Positions 8,835 to 17,191 are shown, counted from the first letter of the stretch. The stretch: DNA of 20,000 nt from an uncultured virus (IMG/VR IMGVR_UViG_3300032038_000056) (IMGVR_UViG_3300032038_000056), one strand, 5' to 3'. A program made the numbers and translations. The notes: generated by a model not told the origin, from the letters alone.

Positions 8835-8861
8835 ATTTCTCACCTCTTTCAAATTATCTCA

Positions 8862-9224
8862 TTAGAGATCGTCCATTTCTCCTCTACGGATTAGTCTCTT
8901 GTTATGCCTTCCGCCATTCGCATCCAGATCGTAAGCGTAATCCGTATCGGCCATGTACATCACAGGTCTTCCGTGTCTCAAACAGATGTACGCATAGTCC
9001 TCGCATCCCGATGAGATCGTGAACCCGTATGTGCTTGCACCCCTGCCCTCGACCGTATAATGCTTTCTCAATCTGGCATAGACAGAGGGGGCGCATACCC
9101 TCATACCAATCTTAATCGCGTCCTCTCTTGAGAGTTCCCCAGAGAGACCTCCGTAGGATTTGCCAGCATACGGCCCTCTGAATTTGAAGGTATCCACACT
9201 GTATCCGCTAATCGTCTTGCTCAT
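8862..9224 (-). CDS. Hypothetical protein
   Basis: GGGATGTGAT RBS-like site; YDLDANG resembles the family motif. Confidence 0.8.
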   Translation of the reverse strand: MSKTISGYSVDTFKFRGPYAGKSYGGLSGELSREDAIKIGMRVCAPSVYARLRKHYTVEGRGASTYGFTISSGCEDYAYICLRHGRPVMYMADTDYAYDLDANGGRHNKRLIRRGEMDDL

Positions 9225-9242
9225 CTGATCACATCCCGAACT

Positions 9243-9500
9243 TTACCATTTTAACTGATTTGTAGGAACGATGTACCATCTCTGTCCTTTTCTCTCGTAG
9301 GTCGCCCAATACCATGAAGATCCCAGATAGGGATTACTCACCCAGATCTGGATGTATTTTGCACGATTCTTGAGACCTTCCTTTTTTGCCTTACTTGTTA
9401 AGGCTTCTAAACTGATTTTATCAGAAGAGTAAGAATCTTGGATACGATAATGCCTATCAAACCAATAATTAACTGTGTAATCATCAGGATTCTTTTTCAT
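9243..9500 (-). CDS. Hypothetical protein
   Basis: True start MKKNPDDY 5 nt after the upstream PFGL stop; AT-rich. Confidence 0.75.
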   Translation of the reverse strand: MKKNPDDYTVNYWFDRHYRIQDSYSSDKISLEALTSKAKKEGLKNRAKYIQIWVSNPYLGSSWYWATYERKGQRWYIVPTNQLKW

Positions 9501-9505
9501 GGGTC

Positions 9506-9982
9506 TCACAGTCCGAAAGGATGCCACTCCTTTTTGCCAGTATTCGCCTTTGCACCCGCGAGAGGAACGCTGTACGTCCTTCCAGTTCTCGGATCCGTCC
9601 ACGCCTTGAGTCCGTATGCTCTCATCCAAGGAAGGATGCACTCTTCGGGCATACGGCTGTTGAACTTGCGGAGAATGGCACGGTACACCGTCTTCACGTC
9701 CTCCGTCTTGGGTCTGATGTCCCATCCCCTGTCGTAGTTCACGACAATACCATTCTGGTAGATCTGGAGTTTGGAGATGCACCCTTTGTTAATCCCGAAG
9801 GCGGACTTCTCAAGGAACGTCTTGGTCTCGAAGGGGTATCTGATGCCTTTGTAGAACACGTTACCCGTGATCCACGCATCTACGAACTTCTCAATCTTGA
9901 TCACGGGCTTGTCCGCTGATGCGGAGGTCATAGGGCGCACGACCATCACGTGTTCGTCAATGAACTTGTTGCCTGTACTCAT
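9506..9982 (-). CDS. YDRGWD-motif protein (DUF7678-like by recall) with EWHPFGL tag
   Basis: S.FGIN.G.ISKL.I...VVNYDRGWD motif recalled from small phage/ICE proteins. Confidence 0.7.
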   Translation of the reverse strand: MSTGNKFIDEHVMVVRPMTSASADKPVIKIEKFVDAWITGNVFYKGIRYPFETKTFLEKSAFGINKGCISKLQIYQNGIVVNYDRGWDIRPKTEDVKTVYRAILRKFNSRMPEECILPWMRAYGLKAWTDPRTGRTYSVPLAGAKANTGKKEWHPFGL

Positions 9983-9991
9983 CGTCCCACC

Positions 9992-10285
9992 TCATGCACC
10001 TACGTAATGTTCGGCATACTTCTTCGCGGCATTCAGCGAATAGAATGTCTTGTCAGCCACGATATCAGTGGTTACATAATCGTAGAAGGAGACACGATAC
10101 TTGTACCTGTGCTTTCCGTCTTTTGCAGGAATGCGAACAAGGTATGCTGCGTCCCTTCCGAGCAAGGTCATTCCCCAGTGCATAGTCGTTCCTACCCGCC
10201 ATCCTGCACTCCACTTGATCGCCTTACGAAGTGCATCTTTATTAAATGATGTCTGCCAGGCACAAATTGCAGTAGATTTCGCCAT
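9992..10285 (-). CDS. Hypothetical protein
   Basis: GAGGTG RBS; C-terminal FYSLNAAKKYAE. Confidence 0.8.
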   Translation of the reverse strand: MAKSTAICAWQTSFNKDALRKAIKWSAGWRVGTTMHWGMTLLGRDAAYLVRIPAKDGKHRYKYRVSFYDYVTTDIVADKTFYSLNAAKKYAEHYVGA

Positions 10286-10294
10286 ATCGACACC

Positions 10295-10588
10295 TCACAG
10301 TCCGAAAGGATGCCACTCTTTCTCTGCTCTTCCTTGCAGTCTTCTGACATTCCCATCCTTGGAGATACGGTATTTCACACCGTCCTTATCCTCGTAGACG
10401 GGGTATCCGCGACCCTTGTAGATGTAGCCAATCCTCCACTGTCCGACAGCGTTGCCCTCGAAAACGGAGATGTAAGGATTAGGGATGCCCATATCACGCC
10501 AGTATGCGAAAGAATCTATTGCGAACTTCCTTGCGGATCTGATGTTCATAAACTTTCTGTTCGGTTCTGAATCCAATGTGTAGTACAT
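10295..10588 (-). CDS. Paralog-family protein with EWHPFGL tag
   Basis: IRSARKFA, YRISKDGNV; GAGGTGA RBS. Confidence 0.85.
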   Translation of the reverse strand: MYYTLDSEPNRKFMNIRSARKFAIDSFAYWRDMGIPNPYISVFEGNAVGQWRIGYIYKGRGYPVYEDKDGVKYRISKDGNVRRLQGRAEKEWHPFGL

Positions 10589-10598
10589 ATCTTTCACC

Positions 10599-10844
10599 TC
10601 ACAGTCCGAAAGGATGCGGTTCACTCTTCTTGGCGGGCTTATGCCATCTGGGGTTAGGCGATGCCGCAAACCTCATATGGTATTCATCCAGCGACATCCC
10701 GTTCACCCAGAAGTCCCCTCTGTAATGAGTAGGCTCTATATATCCCGCCTTGATCATATCGTCATAGGAATCGAACACCTCACGGATTGTCACATGAAGG
10801 AATCTAGGGGTCATTACCGTTGCTCCGACTTTAGGTAGTGCCAT
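10599..10844 (-). CDS. Hypothetical protein with HPFGL tag
   Basis: Start MALPKVG after GAGGTGA; TPRF..V.I and GY.EPTHY motifs; unrelated to the main family. Confidence 0.85.
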   Translation of the reverse strand: MALPKVGATVMTPRFLHVTIREVFDSYDDMIKAGYIEPTHYRGDFWVNGMSLDEYHMRFAASPNPRWHKPAKKSEPHPFGL

Positions 10845-10854
10845 TTGTTTCACC

Positions 10855-11025
10855 TCACAGTCCGAACGGGGATGCTTTCTTCTTTGCGGGGGACTTGACC
10901 TTTTTAAACTCAATAGTAACAGAGCCATAAATCCTAAGTAACTGACAGGTCTTATCACCGCAATCCTCGGCTGAGAAAGTTCCTTGCTGTTCTACTCCGT
11001 TTATAATTACCTTGAACATAGCCAT
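10855..11025 (-). CDS. 56-aa protein with SPFGL tag (not in ORF track)
   Basis: Hand translation MAMFKVIINGVEQQG...KVKSPAKKKASPFGL; GAGGTGA RBS. Confidence 0.8.
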   Translation of the reverse strand: MAMFKVIINGVEQQGTFSAEDCGDKTCQLLRIYGSVTIEFKKVKSPAKKKASPFGL

Positions 11026-11035
11026 ATCTTTCACC

Positions 11036-11428
11036 TCACAGTCCGCGAACCCTGTTCATCATCTGAATATATGCTGTAAGGGTCATCCCCAGAGTACCGT
11101 CCGCCTTGACGATCCTCTGCTCTCTTACGTTGTATCCATGTCCGCTCTTATCTTCGGGAGACCATAGCAGAAGGTTGTAGTCCTTGTCGAACCTGATGTA
11201 TGCGAGGGATTTCTTGATACCCCACTGCATCTTGCCGAGATAGTTCTTGACCATTCCATATTCATAGGCATATCCAACGGGATCCGAACTCCTCCACTTG
11301 TACTTGTTCCTCACTTTCGCATACAGCATCTTGCGAACCTCCGTGATGGAATCGCCGTAGCAAGTCTCGATGTCGCTCTGTATACCTGCGCTGTACTTCG
11401 GTTTGTCCGAAAACTTCTTTGTAGCCAT
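11036..11428 (-). CDS. Paralog-family protein ending VRGL
   Basis: ITEVRKML, IVKADGTLG. Confidence 0.85.
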   Translation of the reverse strand: MATKKFSDKPKYSAGIQSDIETCYGDSITEVRKMLYAKVRNKYKWRSSDPVGYAYEYGMVKNYLGKMQWGIKKSLAYIRFDKDYNLLLWSPEDKSGHGYNVREQRIVKADGTLGMTLTAYIQMMNRVRGL

Positions 11429-11433
11429 TTTTA

Positions 11434-11745
11434 TCACCAATTTTTAGGAAAAGATTTGACCTTGTATGCCACACCATACTCTTTACTCTTACGGCACTCC
11501 TCGTAACCTGCGGAGGGGTTCGCACCGTTGGAGAATCTGACCCAATGAGTGAAAGCCCTACCCTTCTGCGTATCATAGATCGGGATACCGCTGGTACTTC
11601 CTTCATACTCTCTAATCACCAGATGGATGCGTCCGTTCGTTCTTCTGTACGTACCGAGCAGTGTCTTAGCAGCCGTCAGATATGCGTCCTTTAGAGTGGA
11701 CTCGAATACCCTGACCCCGTTTTCAACTGGAATCCAATATGCCAT
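11434..11745 (-). CDS. Hypothetical protein
   Basis: MAYWI start, TLKDAYLTA; GAGGT RBS. Confidence 0.8.
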   Translation of the reverse strand: MAYWIPVENGVRVFESTLKDAYLTAAKTLLGTYRRTNGRIHLVIREYEGSTSGIPIYDTQKGRAFTHWVRFSNGANPSAGYEECRKSKEYGVAYKVKSFPKNW

Positions 11746-11755
11746 TTCTCATACC

Positions 11756-11839
11756 TCATATGATGCTTTCAACAGATACCCATTGGTTACATCTCACATC
11801 GCCGTTCTTGTCGATGATCGCCTTGGTATCGGTTGTCAT
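11756..11839 (-). pseudogene. 27-aa mini-ORF or remnant MTTDTKAIIDKNGDVRCNQWVSVESII
   Basis: ATG ~23 nt after TATA; IDKNGDV resembles the family motif; stop overlaps the next RBS. Confidence 0.45.
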
Positions 11840-11861
11840 ACTGATAGAATGGAAAAGACAG

Positions 11862-11888
11862 TATTTAATGGTTATGAAAATGTAATAC
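11862..11888 (-). promoter_or_regulatory. TATA promoter with GTATTAC motif
   Basis: ATTAAATA at 11862-11869; GTAATAC (+ strand) at 11882-11888. Confidence 0.55.
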
Positions 11889-11907
11889 AAAAAGAGGTAA
11901 GGAGTTT
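11889..11907 (-). terminator. Pyrimidine/oligo-T terminator
   Basis: AAACTCCTTACCTCTTTTT after the stop at 11919. Confidence 0.55.
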
Positions 11908-11918
11908 GGAAAAGATAT

Positions 11919-12206
11919 TCAGTAGAATGACAGCGAACCGTCTGCGAGTATGATACCCCTGTCCTCTGACGACCCCGAATCTGGGATGTCGATACTGAAG
12001 TTGCTCACATCGAACCATATAGGGTATTTGTTGAAACCGTACCAGATGGCTGAACCGAACGGGATGGGAGAATCGTTGCTCTTGAAGACATAGACCTCGG
12101 TCTCTTTGTGCTTCCTAGTCCACTCGTAGATGCCCTTACGGGCGGATTTCAAATCCTCGTAGCATTTCCTTTCTTTCTTCCATTCGTACATCACATATAC
12201 AGACAT
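11919..12206 (-). CDS. Hypothetical protein, array paralog family
   Basis: DLKSARKGI, ILADGSL; GGAGGT RBS; apparently monocistronic. Confidence 0.85.
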   Translation of the reverse strand: MSVYVMYEWKKERKCYEDLKSARKGIYEWTRKHKETEVYVFKSNDSPIPFGSAIWYGFNKYPIWFDVSNFSIDIPDSGSSEDRGIILADGSLSFY

Positions 12207-12221
12207 AGATTATTACCTCCG

Positions 12222-12257
12222 ATGTATGTATTCAGAATACATACATTTGTATATATT
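12222..12257 (-). promoter_or_regulatory. TATA promoter with a perfect 12-bp inverted repeat (putative operator)
   Basis: ATGTATGTATTC-A-GAATACATACAT at 12222-12246; AATATATA at 12250-12257. Confidence 0.65.
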
Positions 12258-12267
12258 ACTATCGAAG

Positions 12268-12284
12268 AAAAAAGGAAGAGGTTT
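12268..12284 (-). terminator. Pyrimidine/oligo-T terminator
   Basis: AAACCTCTTCCTTTTTT after the stop at 12289. Confidence 0.55.
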
Positions 12285-12288
12285 GGGA

Positions 12289-12546
12289 TCAGTTGAGACG
12301 GTCCATGACCGCACCAGTGACCCAGTTGAGGGAATAGGCTTTATCACCGCGAAGGAAGTAATACTCATACCTTCCCACATCGAACCCGACGATCCCGTAG
12401 ACAGGCACTTTGCCAGGCGTACCCTGATAGATTCTTACCTCTTTCTGACCGTCTTCGCTGATATGTTTCATCGCTTCCCATCTGGCCTTGCCCAGTGAAT
12501 TGACAAAGACCTTCTTCCTTCCCAATACAGCACGATATCTTACCAT
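12289..12546 (-). CDS. Hypothetical protein, array paralog family
   Basis: MVRY start, SLGKARWEA, YSLNWVTG. Confidence 0.85.
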   Translation of the reverse strand: MVRYRAVLGRKKVFVNSLGKARWEAMKHISEDGQKEVRIYQGTPGKVPVYGIVGFDVGRYEYYFLRGDKAYSLNWVTGAVMDRLN

Positions 12547-12555
12547 TTTCTCACC

Positions 12556-12912
12556 TCAATTATGTCCATAATTCTCTCTGACTGTCAAAGGGGTCTTACC
12601 ATCCCACGGATAGAGGTCCATCCAACCGTCTAACCACAGTTCTTTTCTTCCGTGATATATTCTGAAATACCCCTTTTCATGACCGACTTTCACCGTAGGG
12701 AGATAGAACCAATCATCATACGCATACGGTTTGCCTTTGGATCCGACCAGTTTGTACCCGTATACATCCACCTCAACATCCTCGCGTACAGAACCCGTCC
12801 AATCCAGATATTCCTTGCCAGATCTTTTGGTTATCTTTGCAAACCGATATTTGGGACGGAAATTAAGACATTGTGTGAGGTATCCCCACCAAGTTCCGAC
12901 GAGTCTGGCCAT
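12556..12912 (-). CDS. Hypothetical protein
   Basis: Tiles the array; GTGAT RBS-like site. Confidence 0.8.
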   Translation of the reverse strand: MARLVGTWWGYLTQCLNFRPKYRFAKITKRSGKEYLDWTGSVREDVEVDVYGYKLVGSKGKPYAYDDWFYLPTVKVGHEKGYFRIYHGRKELWLDGWMDLYPWDGKTPLTVRENYGHN

Positions 12913-12916
12913 TATA

Positions 12917-13207
12917 TCACGCAAATCTTAGAGCCTTGGCTTTCCACGACGGGGTTGCGTACTTCTCCCAGTTCTTGACCCACGTGGAAATTCTGACCCA
13001 TCCGCGACCAGTGTGCTGTGCGACGACGAGCCAGTTACCGCCCTTGGAATTGTACTTGAACAATTCAAAGTTGGTGTCATCGAACCCCCATCCAGTGAGT
13101 TTATCACGACATACCTTGGCGATTTCATTCATATCCATGGACTTGACGTTCAGCATCTTTACTGCAAATTCGTCACCGAGTTTACATACAGCGATTATCT
13201 GTGTCAT
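12917..13207 (-). CDS. Hypothetical protein
   Basis: Tiles the array; AGGTGTGAGG upstream. Confidence 0.8.
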   Translation of the reverse strand: MTQIIAVCKLGDEFAVKMLNVKSMDMNEIAKVCRDKLTGWGFDDTNFELFKYNSKGGNWLVVAQHTGRGWVRISTWVKNWEKYATPSWKAKALRFA

Positions 13208-13209
13208 CC

Positions 13210-13479
13210 TCACACCTTCCTCTTAGGCATAAGACCGATGTTCTGTAGAACAGATTTGCTCGCATACACGATGACTCCGCCTGATCTGAAACACCATCCA
13301 AGAACACGCCCTCCGTCACCAAAAAGTGTGGATTCCTTATAATCATCACGGTAGTTGTTCTGTGCGTGAGTTTTGAGTTGCTTTATAGCGGATTCATAGG
13401 TACTCGCTTTGAACTCCCACACACCCTTCGAGGGCATTCTTCCTTTCACAATTCCGAAACATCCGTAAAATGTTGCCAT
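13210..13479 (-). CDS. Hypothetical protein
   Basis: AGGTGA RBS; STYESAIKQ. Confidence 0.8.
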   Translation of the reverse strand: MATFYGCFGIVKGRMPSKGVWEFKASTYESAIKQLKTHAQNNYRDDYKESTLFGDGGRVLGWCFRSGGVIVYASKSVLQNIGLMPKRKV

Positions 13480-13488
13480 TTTCTCACC

Positions 13489-13842
13489 TTACCTGTACTC
13501 TTTTCTTAATGTCATAAGTGTCTTGAGGAGGTATACTGCCTCAGTATCCTTCTGACCGTTTCTGGACATATTCTCGATGTCCTCTTTCAAAGATGCGACC
13601 GTATACTCATAATTGGTCTTGTCCGTAACGATGGTGTAAAAACCCGCATAGGTGTCCTCATTGATACCCTCTACGTTCCCGTGAAATGCGTTATAGGTGT
13701 ATCTGTACATCCTGCACGCCCAGTTGAATACAGCGGGATCCTTGCAGAACCTCTGTATCTTGGGGGAATTGCTGTACGACAGAGCCTTACGGGGTCTCTG
13801 CATCCTCGACCTTACCGTTTCCAATTTGATAGCCATCGTCAT
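13489..13842 (-). CDS. Hypothetical protein
   Basis: GGGGAGTGA RBS; abuts the upstream stop. Confidence 0.8.
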   Translation of the reverse strand: MTMAIKLETVRSRMQRPRKALSYSNSPKIQRFCKDPAVFNWACRMYRYTYNAFHGNVEGINEDTYAGFYTIVTDKTNYEYTVASLKEDIENMSRNGQKDTEAVYLLKTLMTLRKEYR

Positions 13843-14097
13843 TCACTCCCCGTATCTCTTTCCGTTCTTACTGATAGAACCATCCTTGTTGATCCTTCTC
13901 TCGGACTTGTAATCCCCGTAGGTGTAGACACCATCCCATTCACGGACAAGCCCCATGAGCGTCTTGTAGTTCCAGATAAAGACCACTGTCGTATCGAAAC
14001 CGTCATTGACCTTCTTTATCGCCTTTCTGCGTGCGTCATCGAGGTTATCCGCCTCATCGAGCAGTCTGTCCATTCCCGATCTGATTTGATATCTCAT
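13843..14097 (-). CDS. Hypothetical protein, array paralog family
   Basis: NLDDARRKA, INKDGSI. Confidence 0.85.
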   Translation of the reverse strand: MRYQIRSGMDRLLDEADNLDDARRKAIKKVNDGFDTTVVFIWNYKTLMGLVREWDGVYTYGDYKSERRINKDGSISKNGKRYGE

Positions 14098-14106
14098 CTT
14101 TTCACC

Positions 14107-14349
14107 TCAATATGTTTTTCCGTTCCTGTAAAGTTTGTAGAATCTTTTACTCTTCTTAGAGAACCACACATATCCGTCATGTCTGGAGATCACGCCGTCC
14201 ATGACCGTCGAATTTTTGGATGGGAACATATATGCAACAGGGATTCCGTGATTCTCGTCCATCACATCCATAGCGTACTGACGTGTTTTGACTATGGAAT
14301 CGTAACCTCTCTCCCTATACCCTTTTCCGAAATCAATCCAGTACACCAT
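14107..14349 (-). CDS. Hypothetical protein, array paralog family
   Basis: MVYWIDFGKG, IVKTRQYA, LYRNGK. Confidence 0.85.
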   Translation of the reverse strand: MVYWIDFGKGYRERGYDSIVKTRQYAMDVMDENHGIPVAYMFPSKNSTVMDGVISRHDGYVWFSKKSKRFYKLYRNGKTY

Positions 14350-14354
14350 CTGCA

Positions 14355-14690
14355 TCACCTCTCTTTAGCAATCGTACCATCCATATTCAGTGCATATTTC
14401 GGATGACGCTCGTTATTGATGACCCAGTAAAATGTACCCTTATAGCGTACAACGGATCCGTACATATTATACTTTGATTTACCGACGGAGATGCCTTTTA
14501 TGGATTTTCCAAAGATAGCAGCATTGGGACGGAACGCTCTGGTGACATATGCAGACATCCCCTCGGATCTCCCCGCGATATACAGTTTGATTGCGAACTC
14601 CCTTGCTTTATCCAGCGTAGAGAATGTAAAATCCTCATATTCTTCACCGTACCCGCCTCTGCCTTTGGAAACAGTAACGTAGAACGTCAT
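14355..14690 (-). CDS. Hypothetical protein, array paralog family
   Basis: TLDKAREFA, YALNMDGTI. Confidence 0.85.
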   Translation of the reverse strand: MTFYVTVSKGRGGYGEEYEDFTFSTLDKAREFAIKLYIAGRSEGMSAYVTRAFRPNAAIFGKSIKGISVGKSKYNMYGSVVRYKGTFYWVINNERHPKYALNMDGTIAKER

Positions 14691-14703
14691 ACCTCTGGCC
14701 TCC

Positions 14704-15000
14704 TCAATATTCCTTCATCTTTACGATACGTCCGTCCGAGAGTGCGTAATAGGGGAAACGCTGAACACCGCTCTTGTCGATGGGCATCCACATCCACCTT
14801 CCGACATATCCCCCCGCAAAGTAGATTTTCCCGATGGGTCTCGACTTACTGCTGGTGTATAGAGTTGCTGCCGACCTGTAATCCGTCTTATATGCGTTCT
14901 TACAGACATCCAGAACGATCCTTCTGGCTTTTACCGCACTATCCGTCATAAGATTCTCGCGGATCCCTTTCTGAAACGAATACTCCACCCAGTATGCCAT
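14704..15000 (-). CDS. Hypothetical protein, array paralog family
   Basis: MAYWVEY, AVKARRIV, YALSDGRI. Confidence 0.85.
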   Translation of the reverse strand: MAYWVEYSFQKGIRENLMTDSAVKARRIVLDVCKNAYKTDYRSAATLYTSSKSRPIGKIYFAGGYVGRWMWMPIDKSGVQRFPYYALSDGRIVKMKEY

Positions 15001-15004
15001 GGTA

Positions 15005-15310
15005 TCACAGTCCGAACGGAGATGCCCTCTTCTCAACAGGTCTTCTGAGTCCGAGATACCTCTCCACCTCTCTCTTTGCGTCATCGAGATAATGGAAGGT
15101 ACGAATATATGTAGGCTTTTTTACAATCATATATGTAAGATGATGGCCGTCTAATCTCTTTTTCATTACAGTTATCGTATAATCAGAAGACCCTATCTTT
15201 TCAACTCTTCCAAAGATTTTATCGGACCCCTCGATATACAGATCGTACCTGACGAAACCTCTGACACCTGCTACTCTTTCAGTTTTGACCCATTTGAATG
15301 CTCTTGCCAT
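15005..15310 (-). CDS. Hypothetical protein with SPFGL tag
   Basis: FHYLDDAKRE; ends EKRASPFGL. Confidence 0.85.
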   Translation of the reverse strand: MARAFKWVKTERVAGVRGFVRYDLYIEGSDKIFGRVEKIGSSDYTITVMKKRLDGHHLTYMIVKKPTYIRTFHYLDDAKREVERYLGLRRPVEKRASPFGL

Positions 15311-15321
15311 CCTTCTTCACC

Positions 15322-15681
15322 TCAGAACATCGAATCGTTTGCCGACCATCCCTTGCTGTATCTCTCACCAGTGATGATGTTCGCCAGATAACGCTTGCGG
15401 GTCTTTGCATCAATCATCTTTCCGCACGTATGATCGCCGTAATGCACTACACCATAACAGTATGCAACGATACTTTTCGTATTGGATGCGGGGTTGTATG
15501 AATAAAGAGTGATACGGGGGTCGCCCTCGTACTGCACATTGATCTTGGAAACGAATGCTTCTCCGACCGTCAGTGCTGTTGCCATCGCCTTGTTGGTAGA
15601 GGTATATGAGACCTCGTGGCTCTTTCCGTTGATGATACACCATTTCGTATATTTGGTAGGCTTTTTTGTAACCGCTTTCAT
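15322..15681 (-). CDS. Hypothetical protein
   Basis: AGGTGA RBS; tiles the array. Confidence 0.8.
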   Translation of the reverse strand: MKAVTKKPTKYTKWCIINGKSHEVSYTSTNKAMATALTVGEAFVSKINVQYEGDPRITLYSYNPASNTKSIVAYCYGVVHYGDHTCGKMIDAKTRKRYLANIITGERYSKGWSANDSMF

Positions 15682-15690
15682 TTTCTCACC

Positions 15691-16035
15691 TTAAATTGTA
15701 TATTTGAGGGCGTGTATGCCCAGTTTCTTGAGCGTCACTCCGCAGTCCTCGGTGAACGCATCGAATCCTCCATCTACCTTAGCACAACTGATAAACTCGA
15801 TACCTGTTTTCGCCCATCCTGTCGGTTTCACCCATGCATCAAGGTACTCGATCTTCTTCTTGCGATATGTCTGAATGATGTTTCCTTTCCAATCGAAGAG
15901 GACCCCAGAGAGTGATTTTTCGGTCCTATCAGTTACCTTAAAGAAGTAGGCGAGTTCAGGTTTTCCATATATCCTTCCGACCTTGAACCTTGCCGTATCC
16001 GTAGTCTTGATACTCAAACGTGAACGCTCAACCAT
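15691..16035 (-). CDS. Hypothetical protein
   Basis: GAGGTGA RBS; FKVG.IY...FKVTDRTEKS motif. Confidence 0.8.
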   Translation of the reverse strand: MVERSRLSIKTTDTARFKVGRIYGKPELAYFFKVTDRTEKSLSGVLFDWKGNIIQTYRKKKIEYLDAWVKPTGWAKTGIEFISCAKVDGGFDAFTEDCGVTLKKLGIHALKYTI

Positions 16036-16044
16036 ACTCTCACC

Positions 16045-16437
16045 TCACAGTCCGAACGGGGATGCTTTCTTCTTAACGGATCCCTTACGCAGAGTTCCGT
16101 CAGAGTTGATTGTGATTTCAGACCTTGACTTGGTGGTAGAATACCCAGTCCATACGAACTTGACACCCCCAGAAGTGGTGCTCTTGACTCCGACGAATCC
16201 GCACCTTGAAACGATGCCGTTCTTTATGGTATTGATATTCACACCGTATACTGCATAAGGCAGTTCGTCTCCGTATTTGCGGTAGTTGTCAAATCTCTTT
16301 TCAGTCAGTCTGTACTGGGTCTTGAGGAACAGCATCGCGTGTTTGCGTGCATCGACAAGATTGCTGAATACCTTGAGCCTGCCACCCATATTCTTGGGTC
16401 CGCCCGATCCGTAGAAATCCATAAAGAACTGTGCCAT
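16045..16437 (-). CDS. Paralog-family protein with SPFGL tag
   Basis: NLVDARKHA, INSDGTL, ends KKKASPFGL. Confidence 0.85.
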   Translation of the reverse strand: MAQFFMDFYGSGGPKNMGGRLKVFSNLVDARKHAMLFLKTQYRLTEKRFDNYRKYGDELPYAVYGVNINTIKNGIVSRCGFVGVKSTTSGGVKFVWTGYSTTKSRSEITINSDGTLRKGSVKKKASPFGL

Positions 16438-16457
16438 TCTTTCACTTCCTTTAATTT

Positions 16458-16487
16458 GTATTACGTATCTGCGTTATACTATATAAT
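16458..16487 (-). promoter_or_regulatory. TATA promoter with downstream ACGTAATAC motif
   Basis: ATTATATA at 16480-16487; GTATTACGT (+ strand) at 16458-16466. Confidence 0.6.
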
Positions 16488-16500
16488 GACTCCTCTCTCC

Positions 16501-16833
16501 TCAATATGCCGACTGTATCAGATGCCAGTCGCGAATGTCGGAGATGTGCTTTCCGAGAGTTCCGTCCTTACGGAGAACATACCAGAAACTCCTCTCTCTG
16601 CCATCGATCATAACCCTCTTTTCAAGGATGAATTTGCCCTCTTTTGTGAAATACACACCCTCAGTACAGGGGGAACGGACAAATGCGACGATTGCCTCAT
16701 GTGTCCTTATCAGACTCATGCACTTCTTACGCGCATCGGACTTGAACTTGAAGGTCGTGAACTTCCCGTCTTTACCACGCATGAATACGTAGTGGTACGG
16801 ATGTACTGTTGTCTTATACTCTATGCAATACAT
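16501..16833 (-). CDS. Hypothetical protein, array paralog family
   Basis: KSDARKKC, YVLRKDGTLGK. Confidence 0.85.
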   Translation of the reverse strand: MYCIEYKTTVHPYHYVFMRGKDGKFTTFKFKSDARKKCMSLIRTHEAIVAFVRSPCTEGVYFTKEGKFILEKRVMIDGRERSFWYVLRKDGTLGKHISDIRDWHLIQSAY

Positions 16834-16838
16834 CTTTT

Positions 16839-17186
16839 TCACCAGAACGTGTAACCTATCTTCTTATAATGATTACGTGCTTCCATGAAATTATTATACC
16901 CGACAGTACCATAACTGAGAGTGGAAAGGCTGCCATAATAGGTATCTATATCCCAATACTTTTCTGGGGTCTCCCACACACAATGGAAATAATATTTTCC
17001 CAAAAACTCTGTACGATAGGGTGTCAGTATTCCGATAGGTTCTTTTGTATTCTTACCAGAATAGAAATACACGGGTCTCAGTCTCTTGAAAGAGGGGAGT
17101 TGTTTGATGAAATCCGATCTGATGTTCTTCACAGTATCATTGATCGCCATCCTCTCTCCTTTTCCAATCTGCACATACGTAACCAT
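16839..17186 (-). CDS. Hypothetical protein
   Basis: GAGGTGA RBS; weak family resemblance. Confidence 0.8.
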   Translation of the reverse strand: MVTYVQIGKGERMAINDTVKNIRSDFIKQLPSFKRLRPVYFYSGKNTKEPIGILTPYRTEFLGKYYFHCVWETPEKYWDIDTYYGSLSTLSYGTVGYNNFMEARNHYKKIGYTFW

Positions 17187-17191
17187 TTTTC

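Noticed and set aside
2898..15084. N-terminal extensions containing SDCD/SDCEVK or RTVR (ORF-track starts 2931, 4309, 5079, 7785, 9782, 10669, 10958, 15084)
   Set aside because: These are the PFGL junction read in other frames; true starts follow the RBS. A programmed frameshift is not supported because spacing and frame vary among junctions.
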